Below are positions 9,872-18,101 of a stretch of 64,000 nucleotides of DNA, one piece after another; positions within the stretch are counted from its first letter, which is position 1; the number at the start of each line of letters is the position of its first letter. Origin of the DNA: Candidatus Obscuribacteraceae bacterium (lineage in GTDB: Bacteria; Cyanobacteriota; Vampirovibrionia; Obscuribacterales; Obscuribacteraceae); assembly GCA_044226015.1 (NCBI GenBank), contig JBGAHS010000004.1, positions 704,001-768,000 of the forward strand, in the 5' to 3' direction. The position numbers were made by a program, and so were the translations under genes. The notes beneath the pieces were generated by a model, which was given only the letters and a program-made list of their open reading frames with translations, did no database searches and had not been told where the DNA came from.

Positions 9872-10179
9872 GCTAAATTTCGGGAAAGTCCTTCAGCGCG
9901 TACGCACCCTTATCGGGCATGGCTGAATTTGTCTTTGTGTGTTGAAGAGAGAAACAAATCTAGTAAAAAGTTCGAACAAAGTGTTCATCTGTAAGAATCT
10001 CCGCAATGCCAAATGGCTCGTGGGTAAATGCCGCTCAACCTAGCTTGAGAATGCCATGAATCGCCTGTATCAAAAATGTGTAATTGAGCAGAAATGCAGA
10101 TTCGTTTAAGTTCGCTGCAACATTTAATCAAGAATGCGAATAAAACGGTTTCAACGGGAATAAAATGCTTGCAGCGCTT

Positions 10180-10250
10180 AGGGGTGTCGCCAAGCGGTAA
10201 GGCAGCTGGTTCTGGTCCAGCCATCTGAGGTTCGAATCCTTGCACCCCTG
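10180..10250 (+). tRNA. tRNA-Gln (anticodon CTG), CCA not encoded
   Basis: Acceptor AGGGGTG/CACCCCT, D arm GCC-AAGCGGTAA-GGC, anticodon arm GCTGG-TTCTGGT-CCAGC, T loop TTCGAAT. Confidence 0.95.
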
Positions 10251-10308
10251 CTCTTTCATTAAAAACTAAACTTGTTAGGTCTGCCTTTGGCGCATTTTGA
10301 GGTGGAGT

Positions 10309-11742
10309 ATGTGGCTTAGACTGATTTTGACTATGGGCTTGCTGAGTTCCATGGGCATCTGTAACGCTCAATTGGCGCTTGGAAAGGAAGATCTATCGTT
10401 CTCCTCCTCTGCCAATGCTTCGTCTACAGGTGCCCCGACCGAAAATTCCCCGTCTGCAAATGCTTCGACTGCAAGTGCCCCGTCCGCAAATGCTTCGACT
10501 GCAAATGCCTCGGCTGCAAATGCCTCGGCTGCAAATGCTTCGACTGCAAGTGCCGCAACCTCTAGTGCTTCAACCCCCAGTGCAATGACTGCAAGTACCT
10601 CTACCGGGAGTGCTTCGACTACTGCTAGCCCGACTGTGCCGGCACCTGCTACAGGTGCTTCGACAGATGCGGTCTATCAGGATCTTCGCACCATGTGGGA
10701 CCATTGCAATAACATGAAATCAACCGCGCTTGATCTCTTGAATGAAGGACGGAATGCGCCTTCCAGGCAGAAATGGGTCGCATTCTATGTGTCGAGCGCG
10801 AAGGACGATCTAACAATTCTGAAAAACTCAGCCAAAGCACTGCTAATTCCCGATGCCTTGAAAGCTTCATTTGGCAGTGGATGGTCTGATGTGCAGGGCT
10901 CCATAGCAAAACTAGATGAGCTGATTCCTCGCTTGGATTCAGAAGCGAAGGGGCTAAAAACTCCAACAGACGACAAATATCCGCCTGTATTTTGGAAAAC
11001 ATCGAGCGAATTTTCTAAATGTGCTGACGACCTCGATAAGGCGCTCATCTCGATTTTCAATGCGTTAGACGCTTCAATTAGCAAAACAGGACCGTCTATT
11101 TCTTCGAGCAGCGTGCCGAACACAGACGGCAGTGAAAGCGACGCCACATTGCAAGGCAGCGCTAGGATGGTTGACGAGCAGGTCGGATTTAAGAAGGTTG
11201 GCGAAGCTTCTACAAAAATTAGCAAGGCTTGCTGGGGCTTGTTTGGCGAATTGGAACGGTGGAACTTGCTTTACGGCAAACCGCCAGCTGGTGGCATTCC
11301 TGATGGATTTTATGGTGGCGGTTTGTCCTCCTCAGAGATTCTTTCAGAGTATAAATACCTCCCACAGTTTACTTTCACAAACGCACCATATGTGATGCTG
11401 TATAGCTATCGCCTTCCTCCGCGCCAAAATATGTTGGCATATCATACCGGGCAAATCGGTAAGCTCTTGAATTTGATGGAATCAGAGCTAAATGACGTTC
11501 AGGTGCCGGCCGACCGACAAATGGCACTGGCTGGTCCGTGGGATCAAACTAAGAAGCTATTTTTGGATTGTCGTCAAAATTATCTCTCCCTTTTGAATCT
11601 GGTAAACAACACAACTGACGATCGTTTGTCAAAAAATATTCGTGAGGATCAGATCACCTTCGGGCAGCCTTTAATGGCTATCTATGGTGATATGGCAAAA
11701 ATGCGTGATTCGCTCAACGACATCAAGAAGATGATTCAGTGA
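10309..11742 (+). CDS. Secreted hypothetical protein: Ala/Ser-rich repeat linker followed by two related helical domains
   Basis: SD GAGGTGGAG before ATG 10309; signal ending CNA-Q; 15-bp repeats at ~10441-10560 encoding SANAS/ANAST. Confidence 0.75.
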   Translation: MWLRLILTMGLLSSMGICNAQLALGKEDLSFSSSANASSTGAPTENSPSANASTASAPSANASTANASAANASAANASTASAATSSASTPSAMTASTSTGSASTTASPTVPAPATGASTDAVYQDLRTMWDHCNNMKSTALDLLNEGRNAPSRQKWVAFYVSSAKDDLTILKNSAKALLIPDALKASFGSGWSDVQGSIAKLDELIPRLDSEAKGLKTPTDDKYPPVFWKTSSEFSKCADDLDKALISIFNALDASISKTGPSISSSSVPNTDGSESDATLQGSARMVDEQVGFKKVGEASTKISKACWGLFGELERWNLLYGKPPAGGIPDGFYGGGLSSSEILSEYKYLPQFTFTNAPYVMLYSYRLPPRQNMLAYHTGQIGKLLNLMESELNDVQVPADRQMALAGPWDQTKKLFLDCRQNYLSLLNLVNNTTDDRLSKNIREDQITFGQPLMAIYGDMAKMRDSLNDIKKMIQ

Positions 11743-12000
11743 GTTCTAATTTCTAGTTCTAATTTGCTTGTTGGGGCAAGAATCGAAAGTTGCACGCGCT
11801 AGTGAAAGCCAAATTTCTCAAATTTCGCGGAGGTTTATTGCCATCCGCGCTCACCACCTAAGGTTTTTCACTATTGCAAGCTGCATTGAGATTCCTTTGA
11901 TGGTCACCATGTTAGTGAGGAAGAGCATCATCCGTAAAATCCCCAATCTGCTGCATTAATCTTTGAGCGGAAATTTTCTTCTAGTGATAAACTGAAATTT

Positions 12001-12096
12001 CAACCCGCTTGTGGGACTTTGGAACGACTTCCGAACATACCTTGTTAAGTGTGAAATCCCGTCGTCCCGTTTACGCCCCAGGCTGGGTTGTCTTTT
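12001..12096 (+). ncRNA. Candidate structured RNA (rod with paired 5'/3' ends and a U tail) or structured leader of the vWA gene
   Basis: Manual pairing 12001-12015 with 12076-12090 (14 bp, two 1-nt bulges) and 12021-12028 with 12061-12068; followed by TCTTTT; possible promoter TTGAGC-N17-GATAAC at 11963-11991. Confidence 0.45.
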
Positions 12097-12109
12097 GGGG
12101 TGTTTTTTT

Positions 12110-13501
12110 ATGGACGTTTCACGCGAAGATTTGTGTTTGTTTTTGAATGCTTGCTCTGTAGCAACAGGACAGCGAGAGTTCTACAGCTCTGATTCAGAGC
12201 AGCAAGTTTCCCTGCGATTCTTGCATCAATACATTTGCGTGAATTATAGAATGCCCTATGCGCGCACTCTTGCTGCAGGCGTTAATCACTTCAATCAGTG
12301 CGAAATAATCTTGCAATTGCTTAAGTCTGGCAAAGACTGTAAGCCAGAAAATCGCGCTGAGGAAAGTGCCTTGATTACGGCATCCCTTGCCGCATTGCCT
12401 CCACAACGTGCTTGGAAATTGATCACTCGACTACAGAAAGAACGTGTTAACAATCGCCGCACTCGTCGTGTTATTCAAGGATTTATCGAGAATAGAAAAG
12501 ACCAATCGTTTGATGCTGTTAAATATCGCAGCAAGTTCAAAGCCGCTGTACAGCATAGTCATATGAAATTGCATGGCGAACTTCCGGTGTTCCTGTTTCA
12601 TGGAATAAAAAAGAGTTTTCAAACTCCATTGTTTGAATCATTTCGTGCTGCCCATTTCAGCAAGAAGCATGTTTATGAATTGCCGTACTCAATTGCCGAG
12701 GGCTTTGCCGCGAAGCATAAAATTGATCGCGAGGAGTTTTTGAAACTGATTGAACCAAGGCTCACCGAGCGCGAGAAATTGCGCTTGCAAGAAGCGTCTG
12801 ATGGTAAAGTCAAAATCAATCCTGTGAAATTAAGTTTGACTGAGCTGTGTGTTTATATACTTAGTCTGCCTCTTGATGAACGAAATCAAAGGCGGGAGGA
12901 ATTGAACTCATGGATCGATGCAGCAGTAGGAGTACTCTTGCAAAAGGCTGGGGAGTTTCCTCTCTCAGGAAAAGTGGCGGCAGTTCTCGATAATTCATAT
13001 TCTTCAAGCGGAAGTCGTGAGAAACAAGCCCGTCCCCTTGCAGTGGCTCTTGCGACTCATTTCGTACTTTCTAAAGTTTGTGACAAATATCGAGCCTTTT
13101 GGACCAGCAATATGGATGATGCTCTGTTGGTTTATCCACGTGGGCAGTCATATTTGACCGAGCGAATTCTCGATGCTTTGGACTGGGGCGCAGAAACTGT
13201 TATTTTAGTTTCTGACGGTTGCGAGAATGATGTTCCAAAAGCCGCTGAGATTTTATTGCGCGCTTACACCAAATCTGGTGGCAATGCGGGGCTAATACAT
13301 TTGAATCCTGTGTTCGACCCTGATTCATTTCAAGTCGCGTCCATTTTGCCGGATATGCCAGCGCTTGGACTGAGATCGGGTGAAGACTTAGCCACAACCC
13401 TAGCGTTTGGAAAATTCAGCAGTGGTAAATCAGATTTCGCTGAGCTGGAAAAATATTTGAAAAGGAGAGCAGATTCTCTTGTGAGGAATGTATATGCTTG
13501 A
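12110..13501 (+). CDS. Helical (TROVE/Ro60-like) protein with C-terminal vWA domain
   Basis: vWA MIDAS motifs VLDNSYSS and ILVSDG, HLNP; long basic helical N-region; TROVE assignment is from architecture and recall of the family; ATG 12110 preferred over GTG 12011. Confidence 0.6.
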   Translation: MDVSREDLCLFLNACSVATGQREFYSSDSEQQVSLRFLHQYICVNYRMPYARTLAAGVNHFNQCEIILQLLKSGKDCKPENRAEESALITASLAALPPQRAWKLITRLQKERVNNRRTRRVIQGFIENRKDQSFDAVKYRSKFKAAVQHSHMKLHGELPVFLFHGIKKSFQTPLFESFRAAHFSKKHVYELPYSIAEGFAAKHKIDREEFLKLIEPRLTEREKLRLQEASDGKVKINPVKLSLTELCVYILSLPLDERNQRREELNSWIDAAVGVLLQKAGEFPLSGKVAAVLDNSYSSSGSREKQARPLAVALATHFVLSKVCDKYRAFWTSNMDDALLVYPRGQSYLTERILDALDWGAETVILVSDGCENDVPKAAEILLRAYTKSGGNAGLIHLNPVFDPDSFQVASILPDMPALGLRSGEDLATTLAFGKFSSGKSDFAELEKYLKRRADSLVRNVYA

Positions 13502-14627
13502 AAAAGATTTCCTGACCCTACAAGGTTTGCGCGCTGCACCTTCGCAAGTTTGTGGCGCATTTCGCTTGGTGCCTTTGATTCGCGAAAACGTTTGTGATGA
13601 TGTACGCATCTATTCGGATAAGTATGAAGATGCGTGGTCGCGAGTTAAAGTTGATTCCAAATTCTCCTATTGGTCATTTATTCCGCATGGAATGCTTTTG
13701 TCTTGGGGTGAAGACGTTGCGAGCCCGGCTACTCTTGGCGCTCAAATGAGGAAGGCGACACCAGAGAAAACGACGACTAAATGGGGAACGGTGCAAACCT
13801 TCCACAAAATGGCTAAGAGTGTCGGTACAAATGCGCTTCGATTTTTGCCGCTGCATCTGAGTATGGAGTACTTCTTAGGGCTTTGTTTTGGCGGACCCAA
13901 AATACGCTGGCCGGAATATAGCTCTTATGTGAAACGCTATGGCTTGGGTTTCCGGATTGAATTTGTTGCTGATGGACGCAGTCTTTATAAATTTGACGAG
14001 GCGCTTAGACAATTTGAAATTCATGAAGGGCAAGTAGGTGTCTTGATTTATACCGCCGAAGAGCTTGCCAGTGCCTTTGTGGTGCCGACGCCCGGTGATT
14101 ATCGTCGTATGCATGATAGTCTCATTATGGATTTCTATGGGCAACTGATCTATCAGTACGCGATTTTGTTTTCTGCTCAAAAGCTAAACGCTGTTATTAA
14201 TGTGGACAGCGCCAAATCTGTGAATGATTTGCGCTCTGCTTTGATGGCTGCGCGTGCTGAGTGGGCAGAGTTCAGTACAAAGTGTATGGCGGAGCATCTT
14301 GTTGGTAGAGAAATTCAGGTTCAGCCAGTTTTTGAACCTCCGGGACTTCGGCTTCAAAGGTTTATGACTGAGTTAGATCTGAATAGAACCAACACTATAG
14401 GCGAGCGCTTGCTGCGTGAGGATGGTGAAGTTCTTTACCTTAAGACTTATCGGCTGGATGCTGATCAGGCTAAGCGCGCCTGGTGGCTGCAAAATCTCGC
14501 GGCTAACGATTGGCATTTGCAGCAAACTGCGACCGCGCTGCGAATGACATTGCGAGACCTTGTCTGCGGACTGGAAGCTTCGGGGTTTGCTTATCTCTTA
14601 AGTGACCCCCAACAACTAAAGAAATAA
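13488..14627 (+). CDS. ARPP-2-like domain protein with C-terminal Fis-like HTH
   Basis: L.GLRAAPSQV.G.FRLVPL, RFLPLHLSME, ALRQFEIHEGQVG, YLKTYRL, WHLQQTATAL HTH; overlaps the upstream stop codon (translational coupling); family name from recall. Confidence 0.6.
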   Translation: MYMLEKDFLTLQGLRAAPSQVCGAFRLVPLIRENVCDDVRIYSDKYEDAWSRVKVDSKFSYWSFIPHGMLLSWGEDVASPATLGAQMRKATPEKTTTKWGTVQTFHKMAKSVGTNALRFLPLHLSMEYFLGLCFGGPKIRWPEYSSYVKRYGLGFRIEFVADGRSLYKFDEALRQFEIHEGQVGVLIYTAEELASAFVVPTPGDYRRMHDSLIMDFYGQLIYQYAILFSAQKLNAVINVDSAKSVNDLRSALMAARAEWAEFSTKCMAEHLVGREIQVQPVFEPPGLRLQRFMTELDLNRTNTIGERLLREDGEVLYLKTYRLDADQAKRAWWLQNLAANDWHLQQTATALRMTLRDLVCGLEASGFAYLLSDPQQLKK

Positions 14628-14643
14628 GCGGATTTTTGCGAAG

Positions 14644-15069
14644 CGGTTGAGTTCCAAGGTTTTTCTGCGCCAGCAGGCGAGGGAAGATTTTCACGGAAAC
14701 TGAAACGGTACCGTTTGAGTTCCAAGGTTTTTCTGTGCTAGCAGGGGGAGGGAAGATTTTCACGGAAACTGAAGCGGTACCGTTTGAGTTCCAAGGTTTT
14801 TCTGCGCCAGCAGGGGGAGGGAAGATTTTCACGGAAACTGAAGCGGTACCGTTTCAGTTCCAAGGTTTTTCTGCGCCAGCAGGGGGAGGGAAGATTTTCA
14901 CGGAAACTGAAACGGTACCGTTTGAGTTCCAAGGTTTTTCTGCGCCAGCAGGGGGAGGGAAGATTTTCACGGAAACTGAAGCGGTACCGTTTGAGTTCCA
15001 AGGTTTTTCTGCGCCAGCAGGGGGAGGGAAGATTTTCACGGAAACTGAAACGGTACCGTTTGAGTTCCA
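14644..15069. repeat. Tandem array, about 6.1 copies of a 69-bp unit containing the palindrome AACTGAA[A/G]CGGTACCGTTT[G/C]AGTT
   Basis: GGTACC at 14707, 14776, 14845, 14914, 14983, 15052 (period 69); units near-identical, no spacers. Confidence 0.97.
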
Positions 15070-15258
15070 TAGCTCACGCGCTACTGAATGCACTTGTATT
15101 GAATGCAATTTTGGCTCGTCTGTTTGAGAAGCTGTCTTGTATATCCTACAGATGGCGCCTGCTGCTGCTTGGCGGATGCTTTTTATGAGTCTCTCGAAAT
15201 GCGCTCTACTAGAGCGACTCATAAAAAGATGAAGTTTAGGGATGTGGATTCAAAGGGG

Positions 15259-15288
15259 TTGACGAACCATACAGGTGTATGTATTAAT
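15259..15288 (+). promoter_or_regulatory. Putative sigma70 promoter of imuA with a palindromic operator CATACAGGTGTATG in the spacer (candidate LexA box)
   Basis: TTGACG 15259-15264, 17-bp spacer, TATTAA; perfect inverted repeat CATACA-GG-TGTATG at 15268-15281. Confidence 0.55.
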
Positions 15289-15517
15289 TACTAGTACTGA
15301 AACAACTTATACAAACCGCATCGCAAGCCGCCTGACACAAGTCTAGTTCGCTTCATTTTGATTCGCCAAGTTTGCCGAGAATGTCTGAAATTCTTCAGAC
15401 TTGTTTTGAGCTGCCTTCGAATCACCCTAATCGGAAAAGCTCTGGAGTAACACCAGGGTAGTTGACGTGCGCAAGTTATCAGTCATCAAATTCGATACCA
15501 CCAGAGAGGAAAGAGTG

Positions 15518-16429
15518 ATGAGTATGCAAGCAAGAGTTGAAGCCCTGAAGCAGCAGCTTGAGAATCTCTTTCCTGGCAAATGGTTTAGTGAACAGAAACG
15601 CAACCGTAATATAAATACGGGACTTGTTGAAATTGATAATGGTATCACTCGTGGTATCGCTCGAAAGAAGATAACGGAGTGGAACGGACCTGTTTCGTCA
15701 GGTAAGACAACTCTTCTACGCAATGCAATTATCAATTGGTGCGCTCAAGGACTGAATGTGGCTTACATTGATTGCGAGGGAAAGCTTTACCCCGCTGACT
15801 GGTCCGGTATCGGTAGCACTGCTTCAATCGGTAAAGAAAACCTTTCCTTTGTAGACGTTAACTTTCAGAAAGGCAAATTTTGGATTGTTCGTCCTTCTGA
15901 AGAAGAGGCTGCTCCCACCGACGTGATTCCTCTTGTATCGAAGAAAAATGTCCTGGTTCAAGAGGCAATCTGGAGCGCTGATCAATTTATCCGCAGTAAT
16001 GCATTCGATATTGTAATTCTTGATTTGGGGCAAAACGATCTTTCAAAGCGCAATAAGCTTGGAATGGGTTATCTCTCTGTTCCTAGTCGTATCTATGCTC
16101 GCTTTCAACGTGCGCTAGATAAGTCGAAAGCTGCTTTCATTGTTGTCGCTGACACCGAATCTGTAATTGTTGATGAGCAAGATGCTGAAGTGAATCAAAA
16201 GCAATCCCAAAACAATTGGGGCTGTCATGCTCGCTTTCTATTCAATCGTGGACTCGCTGTTCGCTGCGAAAGCAGCTTAAAGGGTGTCGCCATGATTACA
16301 CCAACCGTAAAACTGAGCGCATGGCGCGATGGACAATCACAAGAAGTGGAGGTTAACCTTGGTTCTGCCGTGCCGAATCGCTTGTTTACGCATTCCGCGG
16401 TTCCAGATCGTCGCACATCAAAAGGCTGA
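15518..16429 (+). CDS. imuA: ImuA/RecA-like mutasome protein
   Basis: NTGLVEID...GI...ITEWNGPVSSGKTT, VAYID, FDIVILD; first gene before imuB and dnaE2; start after SD GAGAGGA. Confidence 0.8.
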   Translation: MSMQARVEALKQQLENLFPGKWFSEQKRNRNINTGLVEIDNGITRGIARKKITEWNGPVSSGKTTLLRNAIINWCAQGLNVAYIDCEGKLYPADWSGIGSTASIGKENLSFVDVNFQKGKFWIVRPSEEEAAPTDVIPLVSKKNVLVQEAIWSADQFIRSNAFDIVILDLGQNDLSKRNKLGMGYLSVPSRIYARFQRALDKSKAAFIVVADTESVIVDEQDAEVNQKQSQNNWGCHARFLFNRGLAVRCESSLKGVAMITPTVKLSAWRDGQSQEVEVNLGSAVPNRLFTHSAVPDRRTSKG

Positions 16430-18101
16430 TCCGGAGCTTAAAGCAAAACCACTAGCCCTGCTATCTTCAAACAATAGTCGAGCTAAAGTCTTGCTTTGTT
16501 CAAATGAAGCTGCTTTGCAGCGTGTTTATCCAGGAATGAGACTCTCTGAAGCAAGGGCAGTTTGTGCAGATCTGCTCTGGCGTGAGTATGACAGTGATCT
16601 CTATATGAAACTGCAAACTCGACTAATACAAGAATTAGTTCATGCCTCACCACAGGTTAGCAGTATTGATACAGGGATTCTTCTGTTGGATGCAAGCGGA
16701 CTCAATCACTTAGGAGGTGAACGTAAGTTCTGTCGACAGGTACAAAGAATAGCTAATACCTTCGGCTTTTATGACATACATATTGGACTTGCTGATAGCG
16801 CATTTGCTGCTCAAATTGCCAGTAAGTTCAAACATAGCAGGCACTATATTGTTCCCCATCGCAAAGATAAGGAGTTTATTTCCGAGCTCTCAATTCAACA
16901 TTTGCCAGTATCTGATGATACAAAAGAAACTTTTATTAGATTAGGTGTGAAAACCATCGGGCAGCTTTTGCAGATTCCCGTAAATGAGGTTCAAGAACGA
17001 TTCGGCAAAGAAGGACTTTTAGCTGTTGATCTAGCAGGAGGAATTGATAAAACGCAACCGCAAGTAGTGCTGACAAAGGAGGTTTATGAGGCATCAGTTG
17101 ATCTGAATTTTCCTGTCGAATCGCTCTCACAAACACAGTTCATTCTTAAATCCATACTGGAAAGGATTTGTTCAAAACTAAAAAGCAATTATCTGTTAGC
17201 CGAAGAATTACAGATTTCGTTTTTCAATGATAATGACAAGTTTGATATTCGCCCCCTAAAGCTATTGCGACCTTCCAACAATCCCAAATTTTTGCTTGAA
17301 CTAATCAGGCTGTCTCTGGAAGCCCTTCCTCTAGCTCGTGAATATACAGGCTTGCAGATCGAAGTAAGCAAATTATGTAATGAAGACTGGCAGCAAAATA
17401 AAATAAGTATTCTGACTGATAAGCCAGAACTTTTGCCTGAGGCAGATGAATCACCGTCTGCCTCAAGGCAAATCAAAATCTTGTCTATTACAACTGTTTC
17501 TGACTCAGGGAGTAAAAAACATGCGACAACAAGCTTTGTTGCCGAAAACAAAAATAACGACGCTCAAGCGGAACCGTTCGCGCTTTTGCTTCAGCGATTC
17601 ATTACAAGAATGGGCACAAAGTCTGTTGTTCGTCCTGTCCCTAACGATCAGCATATTCCAGACATGGCTTCACGTTTTTTACCTCTTACTGAGGAAGCAG
17701 GGGCCGTTCTTCCGATCAACTTTTCCAGCAGTGCGGAAGCTGGCTGTGCAACGCTTGCGTGCGGACTTGTTCTAAAAAAAGCCCGAAGTACCGAACCTCT
17801 CCTTGTTGAGTACCAGGGGAAAGTGCCTCGTTCTATAAGCTACCTTGGGCGCTGGTTTCGAATTAAAGAGCTAACCCAGCCAGAACGTTTGTCAGGTTTA
17901 TGGTGGGAGAATCCGGTCAGGAAATCATATTATGTTGCATTGCTTGAATCTATAAGTGAGGATAAGTCGTCTGCTCGAGATAACAGGCTTAGCTCACGCT
18001 TTTTGAAGCAACGCAAGCAATTCGTTGAGCAAAATTATCTGGTTTTGCTTGTACACAATCATGAAACTAACGCATGGGAACTCGATGGATTCTTCGATTA
18101 A
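16359..18101 (+). CDS. imuB: ImuB, catalytically inactive Y-family polymerase
   Basis: AALQRVYPGMRLSEARA, LGVKTIGQL, C-terminal PERLSGLWW..RKSYY..W.L.G.FD; lacks the catalytic acidic motifs; TTG 16359 follows GGAGG. Confidence 0.85.
   Translation: MVLPCRIACLRIPRFQIVAHQKADPELKAKPLALLSSNNSRAKVLLCSNEAALQRVYPGMRLSEARAVCADLLWREYDSDLYMKLQTRLIQELVHASPQVSSIDTGILLLDASGLNHLGGERKFCRQVQRIANTFGFYDIHIGLADSAFAAQIASKFKHSRHYIVPHRKDKEFISELSIQHLPVSDDTKETFIRLGVKTIGQLLQIPVNEVQERFGKEGLLAVDLAGGIDKTQPQVVLTKEVYEASVDLNFPVESLSQTQFILKSILERICSKLKSNYLLAEELQISFFNDNDKFDIRPLKLLRPSNNPKFLLELIRLSLEALPLAREYTGLQIEVSKLCNEDWQQNKISILTDKPELLPEADESPSASRQIKILSITTVSDSGSKKHATTSFVAENKNNDAQAEPFALLLQRFITRMGTKSVVRPVPNDQHIPDMASRFLPLTEEAGAVLPINFSSSAEAGCATLACGLVLKKARSTEPLLVEYQGKVPRSISYLGRWFRIKELTQPERLSGLWWENPVRKSYYVALLESISEDKSSARDNRLSSRFLKQRKQFVEQNYLVLLVHNHETNAWELDGFFD

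Noticed and set aside
9985..10371. 128-aa minus-strand ORF
   Set aside because: Antisense to the tRNA-Gln and to the start of the next gene
14644..15069. CRISPR array
   Set aside because: The sequences between the palindromes are identical rather than unique; no cas genes nearby
14503..15222. Several overlapping ORFs with 23-aa repeats on both strands
   Set aside because: By-product of a 69-bp (3n) unit lacking stops in several frames; no RBS and no synonymous bias between copies
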